DNA from: an uncultured bacterium
GTDB taxonomy: Bacteria; Patescibacteriota; Minisyncoccia; UBA6257; 2-01-FULL-56-20
NCBI GenBank assembly: GCA_963718515.1
Contig: OY970354.1
Location: forward strand, 758,808 to 822,807
Reading direction: 5' to 3'
DNA length: 64,000 nt
Shown here: positions 1 through 11,692 of the stretch, one piece after another
How the letters are laid out: each line of letters starts with the position of its first letter
Position numbering within the stretch: position 1 is the first letter of the stretch
Notes under the pieces: model-generated
Told to the model about the DNA's origin: nothing
What the model saw: only the letters and a program-made list of their open reading frames with translations
Databases searched by the model: none
Made by a program: the position numbers and the translations under genes

Positions 1-392
1 CTGACCGGACGCACGCGCTTGCCGGCGTTCTTTACACCGGCCGTTGCCGCCGGCTCCACGAATATCAGATTCTTGATGCGCTGTTGGGTGAGGAAATTGC
101 GCGGAAGCATCTTGCGCACCGCGTGGCGAAGGGCGAAGCGCGGATCATGCGCCATGTGCTGTTCGAACGTCTTCTCCTTAAGATGGCCTACGTAGCCGGT
201 GTGCTTGTAATAGATCTTGTCCGTGGCCTTCTTGCCCGTCACCACGATCCCATCGTAGTTCGACACATAGACCTTATCCGCGCTCACGCGGTTGCGCTCA
301 AACGCCGCCGATTTCTTGCCCTGCAAAATGAGGGAGATGTCGGTCGCCAGGCGGCCCAATACTTTATTTTTTGCGTCAATGTGATATTCCAT
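1..392 (-). CDS. rplM: 50S ribosomal protein L13, C-terminal end cut by window edge
   Basis: Manual reverse translation from the ATG at complement 390-392 gives MEYHIDAKNKVLGRLATDISLILQGKK...KIYYKHTGYVGHLKEKTF, which is L13-like. It is absent from the ORF track because it runs off the window. It sits downstream of rplQ, as in many bacteria. Confidence 0.8.
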   Translation of the reverse strand, partial: MEYHIDAKNKVLGRLATDISLILQGKKSAAFERNRVSADKVYVSNYDGIVVTGKKATDKIYYKHTGYVGHLKEKTFEQHMAHDPRFALRHAVRKMLPRNFLTQQRIKNLIFVEPAATAGVKNAGKRVRPV

Positions 393-419
393 GGTGTGGG
401 TAGTAGTATACTCTATATA

Positions 420-777
420 TTAAACAAATTCAATCCGCGCCATGCGGGTACCGTCGCGCTTGCGGGACTGCGGCCAGTTTTGTGATGCGCAAGTAGCCTC
501 CCTTTCGTTCGGCGTACTTCGGTCCGTACTCGCTAAAAAGTTTTGTGACGATCTTGTCGTTGCCCACGCGGCTCGAAACAAGGCGGCGGTTCGCGACGCT
601 CGCGGTCTTCGCAAACGTGACGAGGCGCTCCACGCGCGGGCGGATCGCCTTTGCGCGCGTTTCGGTCGTCTCGATCTTGCCCGCGCGGATCAGGTCGTTG
701 CCCAAATTGCGCATGAACGAGATGCGCGCGCCGCGAAGCCTGCCGAATTTTGTATTGTCTTTTTTGCCGTGGGTCAT
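420..777 (-). pseudogene. rplQ: 50S ribosomal protein L17, one apparent +1 nt frameshift near 465
   Basis: ORF 430..777 reads MTHGKKDNTKFGRLRGARISFMRNL...ERKGGYLRITKL, which is L17. The conserved C-terminus (SRKRDGTRMARIEFV*) lies in the frame of ORF 420..614. One extra base around 'gcc gca G tcc cgc' explains the shift. Confidence 0.8.
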
Positions 778-787
778 TGCCGTGTAT

Positions 788-1568
788 CAAACAATATTAT
801 TTCTCTTTCTTTTTCGCCGGGCTTTTTTCTTGGCCTCGCTCGCGCTCGCTTTCGGCGCGTCGAATTCCTTTACTTCAACGACGCCCACCTTCTCGAAGTG
901 GTCCTTCAAGATGATCGGATGCTTTGTGCACTGCCGATGACGGGCTGATCGTGCCGTTCGTCGTCACTTCCAGGCGCAAGCGGTTGTAGTCCGTGCGGTC
1001 GCCAACGCGCATGTCTTCTATGGTGTAGTTGACTTTAATGACCGGGGTAAAGATGGAATCGATCGCGATCGTGCCGATCGGAAGACGTCCCTCCGACTTG
1101 CGCGCATCCACCGGAACGTATCCCAATCCCCGCTCCACTTTGACCTCAATGTCGATCTCTGCATCCTTTGCGGTGAGGTGACCCAGCACCACTATCCGGG
1201 TTCATGATCTCGACGTCCGAGTTGAGCTCGATGTCGCCGGCCGTGATCTCCCGCTCGCCCTTCAACTTGAGCGCGAGCACCTGCGGCTCGTCCGTGTGCG
1301 AGCGGAAATATAATTTTTTAAAGTTGAGCGCGAGCTCCACGATATCCTCTTTTAATCCCGGCAAGGTCGAAAACTCGTGCGGAACGTTCTTTATTTTTAT
1401 CTCAGTGACCGCGGCACCCGGCAAGGATGACAAAAGGGCGCGGCGGAGTGCGGTGCCCACCGTCAATCCGTATCCGGCATACAATCCCTCGATCTCAAAA
1501 ACACCATCCTTCGCGTCCTCGGAGATGGTCTTTATGGAAACATTTGAGCTTACGTATGCAAATTCCAT
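788..1568 (-). pseudogene. rpoA: RNA polymerase alpha subunit, N-terminal domain only, two apparent 1-nt frameshifts (about 1197 and 925)
   Basis: ORFs 1146..1568 and 875..1192 plus a third frame ending at the TGA at 788-790 together read MEFAYVSS...NSDVEIMNPD/VVLGHLTAKDAEIDIEVKVERGLGYVP...TNGTISPSSAVHKAS/IILKDHFEKVGVVEVKEFDAPKASASEAKKKARRKRKRNNIV*. There is no alpha-CTD (HhH) segment. Confidence 0.85.
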
Positions 1569-1605
1569 GTGATTGATAATTAAATAAGATTAATAAAATT
1601 TTTAT

Positions 1606-2223
1606 TTATTTAGAGAATGAATCGACCAAAAGGTTAATTTCGAAGGGAGGGTTGATGTCCGTCGGCACCGAGAGCATTTCGCCTTCGAGTTTGTCCGGAT
1701 CCATCCGGAGCCAGAATGGCGCTTCATATCGCTTGATCACCTCTGCGCGCGCAACGAGCGTCTTGTTCGCCTTCGACGCATCGCGCACTGCGACGACGTC
1801 GCCCTTGCGCAGGTAATATCCCGGCGACACCACTTTCTTTTTATTCACCGTGATGTGGCCCTGCACGACGAGCTGGCGCGCCGTCGCGCGCGATACCGCC
1901 CAGCCGAGCAAAAATACCACGCTGTCCAATCGCGATTCCAAAAGCTCGAGCACCTTAGCGCCGGACGCGCCTTTGGCCGCCGTCGCCATCGTGAACAGCC
2001 GCTTCATGTTATTTTCGTTCACGCCGTACGCGATCTTGAACTTGTTCTTCTCGCGCAACTGGAGGCCGAACTCGGAAAGCGCCTTCGGGCGCCCGTGCGG
2101 ACCGTGCACGCCAGGCTTATAAGGCTTGCGGGTCATGGAAGATTTTGGCGACATCGCACGGTCGCCTTTCAATCCAAGGCGCACGCCCAATGCCCGCTCT
2201 TTTTTTTCTTGTGGACCTCTCAT
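1606..2223 (-). CDS. rpsD: 30S ribosomal protein S4
   Basis: The 205-aa ORF has an S4 N-terminal region and an S4 RNA-binding domain (LESRLDSVVFLLGWAVSRATARQLVVQGHITVNKKKV). It lies in conserved rpsM-rpsK-rpsD-rpoA order. Confidence 0.95.
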   Translation of the reverse strand: MRGPQEKKERALGVRLGLKGDRAMSPKSSMTRKPYKPGVHGPHGRPKALSEFGLQLREKNKFKIAYGVNENNMKRLFTMATAAKGASGAKVLELLESRLDSVVFLLGWAVSRATARQLVVQGHITVNKKKVVSPGYYLRKGDVVAVRDASKANKTLVARAEVIKRYEAPFWLRMDPDKLEGEMLSVPTDINPPFEINLLVDSFSK

Positions 2224-2289
2224 GGGATGGTGGTTAAAGTAGTAATATAGTAACAGTTTTTGCCAATTTAATCAAATGCGCGGGGCCCG

Positions 2290-2775
2290 TTACACGCGCC
2301 GCGTCTTAGCGGGCCGCGGGCCGTTGTGCGGGATCGGCGTCGCATCTTTTATGGAGAGAATGTTGAAGCCGTTGTTGATGAGCGATCGGATGGCGGAATC
2401 GCGGCCGGAGCCGATGCCTTTTACGATCACTGAGATATCCTTCGGGCCGCTCGCCTGGATCTTTTCCGTGATCGCGGCGATCACTTTGGATGACGCGAAT
2501 GGCGTCGCCTTCTTTGGCCCGGAAAAACCGAGCGATCCGGCGGACGCCCACGCGAGCACATTGCCCGTGGTGTCCGTGACGGTGACGACGGTGTTGTTAT
2601 ACGTGGCATTCACGTAGACCTTGCCTTCCTGCACGCGCTTGGCCTTCCTCTGCGCCGCGCCGGCCTTGGCCACCGCCGGATTATTTGCGGCGGTCTCCTT
2701 GGCACCGGCCGCCTTCTTGTCGGCGCTGGCCACCTGCGGTTTTTCGTCCTGAGTTTTTACGGTTTTCTTTCCCAT
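2290..2775 (-). CDS. rpsK: 30S ribosomal protein S11 with an Ala/Lys-rich N-terminal extension
   Basis: The C-terminal ~115 aa (KVYVNATYNNTVVTVTDTTGNVLAWASAGSLGFSGPKKATPFA...IKDATPIPHNGPRPAKTRRV) are canonical S11. Confidence 0.95.
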   Translation of the reverse strand: MGKKTVKTQDEKPQVASADKKAAGAKETAANNPAVAKAGAAQRKAKRVQEGKVYVNATYNNTVVTVTDTTGNVLAWASAGSLGFSGPKKATPFASSKVIAAITEKIQASGPKDISVIVKGIGSGRDSAIRSLINNGFNILSIKDATPIPHNGPRPAKTRRV

Positions 2776-2792
2776 GGTGTTAATAGCGATGA

Positions 2793-3176
2793 TTACTTCA
2801 GATCAACTTTTCTCTTTCCGCTTCCGGCGGTCTTGCGGACGTTGCCGCGCACGGTGCGCGAGTTGGTGCGCGTGCGCTGACCGCGCGCCGGCAAGCGATG
2901 CATGTGACGGAGTCCGCGATATGTGCCGAGATCTTTTAAGCGGCCGATGTTGCGCTTGATCAACTGGCGAAATTCGCCTTCCACCGGATAGGTCGTTTCC
3001 AAAAAGTTCTGGATGCGGAGCACTTCGTCCGCGCTCAAGTCCTTCGCCTTCTTGCTCATCTCAACCTTCGCCGCCGTGAGCGCGCGCTTGCTGACCGCCG
3101 GCCCCACGCCGTACAGGTACGTGAGCGAGGTCTCGATCCTTTTGTTATCCGGGATGTTTACGCCGAAAATTCTCAT
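2793..3176 (-). CDS. rpsM: 30S ribosomal protein S13
   Basis: MRIFGVNIPDNKRIETSLTYLYGVGP...GTYRGLRHMHRLPARGQRTRTNSRT is canonical S13. Confidence 0.95.
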   Translation of the reverse strand: MRIFGVNIPDNKRIETSLTYLYGVGPAVSKRALTAAKVEMSKKAKDLSADEVLRIQNFLETTYPVEGEFRQLIKRNIGRLKDLGTYRGLRHMHRLPARGQRTRTNSRTVRGNVRKTAGSGKRKVDLK

Positions 3177-3184
3177 GATAATAA

Positions 3185-3298
3185 TTAGCCTTGGCGCTGT
3201 TTATGTTTTGGATTTTTGCACCGAACAAAAAGCTTGCCATTCCGTTTTACGATCTGGCAAGTGGCGCAAATTTTTTTAATTGAGCTTCGTACCTTCAT
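3185..3298 (-). CDS. rpmJ: 50S ribosomal protein L36 (37 aa, below the ORF-track cutoff)
   Basis: Manual translation gives [37 protein letters not shown]. It lies between infA and rpsM, as expected. Confidence 0.9.
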   Translation of the reverse strand: MKVRSSIKKICATCQIVKRNGKLFVRCKNPKHKQRQG

Positions 3299-3324
3299 AT
3301 ATATAGTGAAAATATCCCGACCCC

Positions 3325-3534
3325 CTACAAACGCCGCACGATCCTCCCCTTCTCGCCATCGGGGCTCAATTCAACAAGCACCCGGTCGCCGGGCAAAACC
3401 CTGATATTGTGCATCTTCATTTTACCGGCAAGATGCGCAAGAATTTCGGTCTCCGAACCGTTGATCTTCACCCGAAACATCAAACCTGGCAGGGCTTCGT
3501 ATACCTTGCCCTCCTTCGCGGCCTCAGTTTCCAT
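3325..3534 (-). CDS. infA: Translation initiation factor IF-1
   Basis: The 69-aa S1-like fold reads [58 protein letters not shown]. Confidence 0.9.
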   Translation of the reverse strand: METEAAKEGKVYEALPGLMFRVKINGSETEILAHLAGKMKMHNIRVLPGDRVLVELSPDGEKGRIVRRL

Positions 3535-3618
3535 TACGTAAAATCAAGCTCAGGCTCATAAACCAATAGGACGATTATATACGAGGGGTGGCCGTATTGT
3601 CAAACCCTCATCCTTTGC

Positions 3619-5349
3619 CTAATTGACGCTCACGTGGATCTTATTGGGATCCGTGGGGATGTTCCACAGCCATGAAGGCCACACCGAGATCTCGCCGTCC
3701 GAGAGATTGGGCAATGCGGAGATGGTGCCGCGCGCCGCCGAGATGCTCTGGCCTTCGATGCTCGTCACGAAATCCGCAGTGGTGAATGCCGGTTCCAAAC
3801 TCGCCTGCGCGGAAAGAGCGAACGACACCTTCCCCGTCGTGAAGTTGGCGGTGACGGCGCTGTAGCTCAGCGTGATCGATTTGAATGTGGAACTTGCTTC
3901 CGTCGACTGCGCGAGCGTGAGCAGATAATCCTTGAGCGCCGACTCGTCGAACCCGATCGCGGTGAGCGTCGCCTGTCCGAAAACGGTGAAGTTGCCGTTC
4001 GCGTCGGTCGACGTGTTGACGGTAAGTTTGCTCACGCTCGTCGTCGCCGCGCCATCAAGGATCGTGAAATTATTTGGATAATTTCCGGAGAAGCCGCCCT
4101 GCAATGATGCGGCGAGGAGCGCGGTCGTCGACGCCTTTGCGGCGGCAATGTCCGCGGCGGTGGGCGTGGCGCGCTCGCCGATGAAGCCGCCGGTCGTGGA
4201 TGCATTGATCACGCCGTAGAATCCAGCCTCGCGCCCCGGGTCATTATCGAATCCCGGAATAGTGAGTTTTGAAACGGGTCCGATATTATAGTCCGGCCCC
4301 GCCTGGTCGGCGACGACCTGCGCGGTGATCGATGATGGAGTGAGCGCGCCGTTCACGCTCGTCTCCCCGGGCACGGTCACGTCGCTCACGATCCGGAAGA
4401 TCTGCCCGCCGGGGGTGAGGAAGCGGGTCGTCGCCACGAGCTCCTGCGACGCCGCGCTGTAGTCGTTATATATAGTGATGGTGCCCTGCGCTTTTTGCGA
4501 AACCTGTTGCACGAGCGACCCCGGGAATGATTCTGTGACGTTCTTACTTGATGTAAATACCTGCGCAGGGATCACGTTGCTCGCGGGATCGATCCCGACG
4601 GCAGTTTTTTCCGCGGCGAAGTTTTCCTGATAGCTCCACGGGGTCTGCGTGAAGTTGATCGTGATGTCGGCGTGATCAAAAAATGCGGTCACGACGTAGA
4701 GTCCGATTGCACCGATAATGACGACGCCTATGATCGCCCAGATGACCTTACCAAAAGATCCGCGTCCATCACTATCATCCCCTTCATCCACGTCCGGCGC
4801 GGCGTCAAAGAACCGGTCACGAATGGGCGCGGCCTTCTTTTCTTCGGGATCATTTTCTGCTTCTTCCTCAAACGCCGCTTCCTCGTCTTCTGCTTCCGCC
4901 GCACGCTCCGCTTTTTTATGGCGCTTGCCTGCGGTAGCGGATATCCCGGCTCCCGCTATGGTGACAGGAATTTTCTTGCCGCGGCGCGGCGCTTCTTCCG
5001 GTTCATCATCGGCATCGTGGTCTACGCTATGAGTATCGGCATCAGCCGCGGCATGACGCGGGACAATATCGGAAAAACCGCCGGTGCCGCGGACGCCTTT
5101 CCATAATGGATGGCTTGACTCGATGCCGCCCTCCTTGGCAAACGCAAGGATCGTGTCGTCCACGGACTCGACGACAATACTGCGCCCGGCGGAATCCGCT
5201 TCGCGCCTTAAGAGATGGAAATTGCTGACCGACCTGCCAAGGACGGATCCCTTCGGGATGACGATGGAGACCTCATGGTCCGGCTCGTTCAACATGCGGT
5301 CGATGACCTCCGCGATCCCCTCTGTCTTATCGACAATGATCTTTTTCAT
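3619..5349 (-). CDS. Hypothetical single-pass membrane protein with a large extracytoplasmic domain
   Basis: The 576-aa ORF is intact. It has a small cytoplasmic N-domain, an acidic/charged linker, one TM helix (VIWAIIGVVIIGAIGLYVVTAFF), and then about 350 aa rich in Thr/Ser/Ala. I do not recognise a family. Confidence 0.6.
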   Translation of the reverse strand: MKKIIVDKTEGIAEVIDRMLNEPDHEVSIVIPKGSVLGRSVSNFHLLRREADSAGRSIVVESVDDTILAFAKEGGIESSHPLWKGVRGTGGFSDIVPRHAAADADTHSVDHDADDEPEEAPRRGKKIPVTIAGAGISATAGKRHKKAERAAEAEDEEAAFEEEAENDPEEKKAAPIRDRFFDAAPDVDEGDDSDGRGSFGKVIWAIIGVVIIGAIGLYVVTAFFDHADITINFTQTPWSYQENFAAEKTAVGIDPASNVIPAQVFTSSKNVTESFPGSLVQQVSQKAQGTITIYNDYSAASQELVATTRFLTPGGQIFRIVSDVTVPGETSVNGALTPSSITAQVVADQAGPDYNIGPVSKLTIPGFDNDPGREAGFYGVINASTTGGFIGERATPTAADIAAAKASTTALLAASLQGGFSGNYPNNFTILDGAATTSVSKLTVNTSTDANGNFTVFGQATLTAIGFDESALKDYLLTLAQSTEASSTFKSITLSYSAVTANFTTGKVSFALSAQASLEPAFTTADFVTSIEGQSISAARGTISALPNLSDGEISVWPSWLWNIPTDPNKIHVSVN

Positions 5350-5412
5350 TCTTAAAAAATTATATCATATTCGTTTCCTATCCGCCGCTGACCAGCGACG
5401 CGATCGCCATCG

Positions 5413-6591
5413 TCAGTCGGCGAGCCAATGCAAACGCCGACGGAGTTTCTGGTTGATCTCGGAATTGCTCTTGTCAAAATACGCCTCGATGAACGGAAGA
5501 AGATGCCGCGCATCCGCGCCGCGCGGGCCGACGCCACCCTCCGGCGCGGCGAAGCTCAATTGCGCAAAGATCTCGGCAATAGGAAACGCCTCCAACGTGA
5601 CCCCGCCGCGGCGGTACGGGATGGCGAACGGCAGGTCATAGTGCGCATCCATATATACCATCCCTTTGATGCCATTTTTTTCGAGCTCTTTAAAAAGCGC
5701 ACCGATCACAGGATCGATGATCTTCTTGAAGGCCCGCGCGGCGCTGTCGGACATCGCGCCGTCCAGGTACGACTGATAGAGGTCGCGCGCGGCGCGGTCG
5801 CTGACGCCAAGCTCGGCGGCGATGTGTACAAAAAGCGCGCGGAAGCTCCACGACAATTTTTCGCGATATAACACCGGATAGTCATCTTTCGTTTTTTGGA
5901 ATACGAAGAGCGACGTCCCGAGCGTGTCACCGTCCACGACGAGGCTGAGCGGAAGCTTCCGGGCGCGCGCGAGGGCGGAGAGCCGCGCCTGCGCCGACTC
6001 GGCGAAAAAGAAATCTTCCGGCGCGTTGAAGAATTGCTTCAGCGATTCAAAGAGCGCGCGCCCGGTGAAGGTGAGTTCGAGCAAGAGCGATATTTTTTTA
6101 CCGGTGAAGCCGACCGGATTCACCACTTTGTGCCCGTCCACTTTGAAGCCGCGGGCCTTTGCGCCGACGAGGATGGTGTCGATCTCGTGAATGCCCAGGC
6201 GCTTGGCCGCTTCACTCCGGCACTGGTTGAAAATTTTCCCCATCGCCTGCGCGATCAGGTTCTCGAGTTCCGTCAATATGACCTCGCTTTTTTCCGTGCC
6301 CGCGTCGCGTGGCAGGACGAGCGGGATCGGGATCGTCGTCGCGAGCGCCGAATCCGCAGAAACGATCACCTTGCGGTGCGATTTAAAAAGATACTTCCCC
6401 TCCCATGCCTTTTGCGTAACGCTCCGCACCGGCGACCCAAAATATTTTTTAAGGCTGATGTCGCGGGAAAATTTTTCAAAAATAATGTTCCGCTCCTCGT
6501 CCACGCTCAGGAACAATCCGTTCGCACCCGAAGGCGCGATCTCAAGTATCAAAAACTTCTCACGTTGCTTGAAGAGATTTGGTTTCTTCAC
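5413..6591 (-). CDS. Hypothetical protein, possibly a divergent actin-like ATPase fold (FtsA/PilM-like)
   Basis: The 392-aa ORF is intact. The N-terminal strand-turn 'KFLILEIAPSGANGLFLSV' resembles the phosphate-1 region of FtsA/PilM proteins. The assignment is weak. Confidence 0.45.
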   Translation of the reverse strand: MKKPNLFKQREKFLILEIAPSGANGLFLSVDEERNIIFEKFSRDISLKKYFGSPVRSVTQKAWEGKYLFKSHRKVIVSADSALATTIPIPLVLPRDAGTEKSEVILTELENLIAQAMGKIFNQCRSEAAKRLGIHEIDTILVGAKARGFKVDGHKVVNPVGFTGKKISLLLELTFTGRALFESLKQFFNAPEDFFFAESAQARLSALARARKLPLSLVVDGDTLGTSLFVFQKTKDDYPVLYREKLSWSFRALFVHIAAELGVSDRAARDLYQSYLDGAMSDSAARAFKKIIDPVIGALFKELEKNGIKGMVYMDAHYDLPFAIPYRRGGVTLEAFPIAEIFAQLSFAAPEGGVGPRGADARHLLPFIEAYFDKSNSEINQKLRRRLHWLAD

Positions 6592-6643
6592 AAGATAAGT
6601 TTAGCACGAAACGCCGTGTAGAAATAAAAAAGCCCGCGAGAGA

Positions 6644-8563
6644 TCAGTCAATGATCCCGCGTATGCGGCGGATGCCCGCCGCCACGGCCTCTTCTTTTGC
6701 GATCGTAAAGTGCCCGATCTCGCCGGTACGCGAAACATGTGGGCCGCCGCAGAACTCTATAGAGAATGCCTGCGCGAATTGCGGGTCGGCCTGCGTCGCC
6801 GATTTTGGCCCGATCGAATACACAGACACCCGCTCCGGATATTTCTGCCCGAACTCATGCTCGGCACCAAGCTTCTCCGCCTCCCCGCGCGGCATCTCGC
6901 TCCGGATCACCGGCAGGTCTTCCGCGATCTTTTCGTTTACGATCTTCTCCACGGCCCCTTTTTGTTCGTCCGTCAACTTAGTATCGTGCAGATAGTCGAG
7001 ACGCAAACGCTCGCTCGTGATATTGCTCCCCCGCTGTTTGACCGTTGGCCCGAGCACCGTCTGCAGGGCGCGCAATAATAGATGGTGCGCGGTGTGCAAT
7101 CGCACCGTTTTTTCGGACGTGTCGGCAAGGCCGCCCTTGAACGTGCCTGCGGCCGCGGTGCGGGAAAGGTCGCGATGTTTTTTGAACTCCTCTTCGAACG
7201 CTGCTTTGTCTATCTTGATCCCTTTTTCTTCCGCCATCTCCTGGGTAAGCTCCCACGGGAATCCATAGCTTTGATAGAGATCAAACGCATCTTTGCCGGT
7301 GATCGTTCCGCTCGCCTCGCGCTTTTTAAATTCTTTTAATCCTTCATCCACTGCCGACATGAACTTCGCGAACTCTTCGGCGATGATCTTTATGATGCTA
7401 TCCGCCTCGAGAGCGATGTTCGGATAGTTGTCTTTATAGAGAGCTGCCAAAACACCGACCATCTTTGTTACCCATCCATACTCCGGCCTTATCGACATCG
7501 CAAAAAGCGCGGTACGACGGAGCAAGCGACGCAACACGTATCCCTGTCCTTTATTGGATGGGCTGACGCCGTCGCCGATCAAAAATACCGATGCGCGCAT
7601 GTGATCCAAAATGATGCGTATCGTGCGGATACCATCCTTCGTCTCCATAAACGCAGGGTCGATCGTAAATATCTCCGCCATTTTTTTGAATACATCGATA
7701 TGAAAAACATCTGAGTCGCCATTCGACGCCGCGGTGATGCGCTCTAACCCCCCCCCGAAGTCCACATTGCGCTGGGCGAGCTTTTCGAAAGTGCCGTCGG
7801 CGCGCTTTTTGTATTCCATAAAAACGGAATTGCCGATCTCGAGGAAGCGGCCGCAGTCGCAGTTGGGGTGGCACTGCGCGCCGAACTTGGCGTCATGCCG
7901 CGGGCGGCCGTGCTCGTCGCGCTCGCCAAAATCATAGAACACCTCCGAATCCGGGCCGCCCGGTTCGCCCGCAGGCATTTTGGAAGGCACGCCCGCGCGG
8001 CTCCACCAGTTCTTTTTTACATCGTACGAAAAGATGCGGCCGCCCTGCATACCGACGGCGCTGCCATTCTTTTCCGAACCGAGCGCAACATATTTTGCAT
8101 CAATATCCTTCGAGTGAAAAAGTTCCGTCCAGATCTTCACCGATTCGTCGTCGGCAGGAATTTCCATTTCCGCATCGCCGGCAAAGACCGTCACATATAG
8201 ATTGATCGGATCGAGGCCAACGCCCTTTTCCTTGTCCGTCAAAAATTCAAAAAACCATGGAAGTTGTTCTGCTTTGAAATAATCACCGAGCGACCAGTTG
8301 CCGAGCATCTCAAAGAACGTGGTGTGGCGGTTATCGCCCACCTCGTCGATGTCATCCGCGCGGAAACTCTTTTGCGAATTCGTAAGGCGCTTTCCCTCCG
8401 GATGCTTCTGGCCGAGCAGATACGGCACGAGCGGCTGCATGCCCGAACTCGTAAAGAGCGTTGTCGGATCGTTCTCCGGCACGAGCGACGCCGAAGGGAT
8501 CACCACATGCCCGCGTGCGGCGAAGAATGCAAGATAGCGCGAGCGTACTTCGGACAGGGTCAT
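6644..8563 (-). CDS. alaS: Alanine--tRNA ligase, short form (639 aa, no C-Ala/DHHA1 domain)
   Basis: The N-terminus MTLSEVRSRYLAFFAARGHVVIPSASLVPENDPTTLFTSSGMQPLVPY matches AlaRS. The editing-domain motifs HTAHHLL and CGGPHV are present. The protein ends shortly after the editing domain. Confidence 0.95.
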   Translation of the reverse strand: MTLSEVRSRYLAFFAARGHVVIPSASLVPENDPTTLFTSSGMQPLVPYLLGQKHPEGKRLTNSQKSFRADDIDEVGDNRHTTFFEMLGNWSLGDYFKAEQLPWFFEFLTDKEKGVGLDPINLYVTVFAGDAEMEIPADDESVKIWTELFHSKDIDAKYVALGSEKNGSAVGMQGGRIFSYDVKKNWWSRAGVPSKMPAGEPGGPDSEVFYDFGERDEHGRPRHDAKFGAQCHPNCDCGRFLEIGNSVFMEYKKRADGTFEKLAQRNVDFGGGLERITAASNGDSDVFHIDVFKKMAEIFTIDPAFMETKDGIRTIRIILDHMRASVFLIGDGVSPSNKGQGYVLRRLLRRTALFAMSIRPEYGWVTKMVGVLAALYKDNYPNIALEADSIIKIIAEEFAKFMSAVDEGLKEFKKREASGTITGKDAFDLYQSYGFPWELTQEMAEEKGIKIDKAAFEEEFKKHRDLSRTAAAGTFKGGLADTSEKTVRLHTAHHLLLRALQTVLGPTVKQRGSNITSERLRLDYLHDTKLTDEQKGAVEKIVNEKIAEDLPVIRSEMPRGEAEKLGAEHEFGQKYPERVSVYSIGPKSATQADPQFAQAFSIEFCGGPHVSRTGEIGHFTIAKEEAVAAGIRRIRGIID

Positions 8564-8573
8564 GAGACCTATA

Positions 8574-9869
<1,296 letters not shown>

Positions 9870-9927
9870 GAGAATATATATGCTATTATCCTCTATTTAT
9901 TACAGATTTGCAAGGAATGTTTGGCTC

Positions 9928-11692
9928 CTACCTCTCCCCTCCTGGCAATTTACTCAGTTCATCGAGTGCCGCCGCCAGCTCCACATCATTGCCCCCCGCC
10001 TCCGCGTTCTTTACTGCGAGCGTCAGAATGTGCCGTCGCTCTTTATAGTATTCCTTCGCAAGCCCATCTTTTATAGTGGCGACATCATCGTCCGTCATAT
10101 CGCTCACGGTGGTTGGGTCACGCAGAACGATAAGATTGATGAGTGCATCAAGCGTGGCGTCGTCACTCTTTCGCTTGCCGCTCTTTAATAGAGTAAATAT
10201 TTCCATTTGCGTGGGGGTAAAGAATGTCTGACAGTCCTCTATAGATACGAATTCGTTGCGTGCGAGTGCAAGCGCGAAGAGATCTTCGCAAAGCAGTTCT
10301 TGACGCGATACTTGGCGCTTGGGCGATTGCTGTTCGTCCTGCGCGACGACTGTATTTTGAGGTGCGCTCGTCGGGAATTTCTCCCCTTCTTCTTTAAGCG
10401 TCGTCTCACTCACACCAGTGCGCTTCGCAAGTTCCTTCATCCAAAAATCGCGCTCTACCGGGCTCGAGATGTTCCTTAACTTGAGCAACACCGTGCGCAG
10501 TTTGTTCAGTCCTTCGCGCGACTGCAAAGCGGCGGGGTCTGATGAATCGGCGCCCGCGCGCACCGGGGGCAAAAACTTCTCAAAATAAAATAGTGGTGCA
10601 GTGACCGCCGCCGCAACGGTGCGCGACACATTCATCGGATCCGCCTTCGCCGCCTCGGCCGCATCCTTGAAGCCACGGTACGTCGCCACCTTTACGGAAA
10701 AATCATTTGCCTCGGCAAGGTCGATCGCGCGCTCGGCGGCATCACAGCCCGCCACGTCCGAATCGAAACAAAGCACCACTTCGTCCGCCAGGCGATGCAC
10801 CGAGCGCAGGTGGTCGGCCGTGAGCGCCGTGCCAGACGACGCGATAACGTTCTTCACGCCCGCTCTGCTAGCTCATCAAAAAATCCATCTGGCCCTCTAC
10901 TAATACGGCGGACTTGGCTTCTCGAATGGCATCCTTACTCTTCCAAAACCCATAGAGCAATTTTGATTTTTGGAAAATCGGCGTCTCGGGGCTGTTCACA
11001 TATTTTGCGGTAACAAAACCCCCCGGCCCGGCCGTGGCGCTCGTGTCGAACTGCGGCAGGATGCGGCCGGTGAATCCGACCACTTTGCCAAGATGATTAT
11101 GGATCGGGAACATGACGCGGCCGCGGAACCGGTCGAGCATCAGTCCGCGCTCCGTCTTTATAGACAGCCCCGCCTGCAAAAGGTCCTGTGGTGCGGTGCC
11201 GCCATTTAATAGATGCATCGACAAGCCCTCCGGCTCGTTCGCCGCCCAGCCGAGCTCGAACTCCTCGATCGTCGCAGGCGCGAGCCCGCGCTCGGCCAAA
11301 TATTTTTTAACGACGGGCGCGGCGCCGAGTGCCCGCTTATAAAAATCCTTCGCCGCATCGTTCAGGTCATAGAGCAATCCGGTAAAGCGATACTCCGCCG
11401 GATTCTCGTGCCGCAATTCCACGCCCGCTTTTTCCGCGAGCATCCGGAGCGCTTCGTTGAACTCCATATTCTCGTACTTCATCACGAATCCGAAAATATC
11501 CCCGTCCAGGCCACACCCAAAACAATGCCACCGCTGGCGCTCCGGCGAAATACTAAACGACGGCGACTTCTCATGATGGAACGGGCAGAGAGCGCGGAAA
11601 TTTTTGCCTGCAGGCGTGACCGTCAGGTAGCCGCGCAAAAAATCCACGATGTCGAGCCTGCTCTTGATAAGTTCCGTGGTGGAAGATGGCAT
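9928..11692 (-). pseudogene. dnaG: DNA primase, split by one apparent 1-nt insertion near 10868
   Basis: ORF 10868..11692 has the zinc finger (CPFHHEKSPSFSISPERQRWHCFGCG) and the RNA-polymerase domain, ending ...AVLVEGQMDFLMS*. ORF 9928..10857 continues with the TOPRIM region (VKNVIASSGTALT...DSDVAGCDAAERA). The frame joins if one base after 'ttg atg' is removed. Confidence 0.85.

Noticed and set aside
84-948. Plus-strand ORFs 84..485, 442..948 and 545..940.
   Set aside because: They are antisense shadows of rplM, rplQ and rpoA. They have no RBS and a biased Arg/Ala composition.
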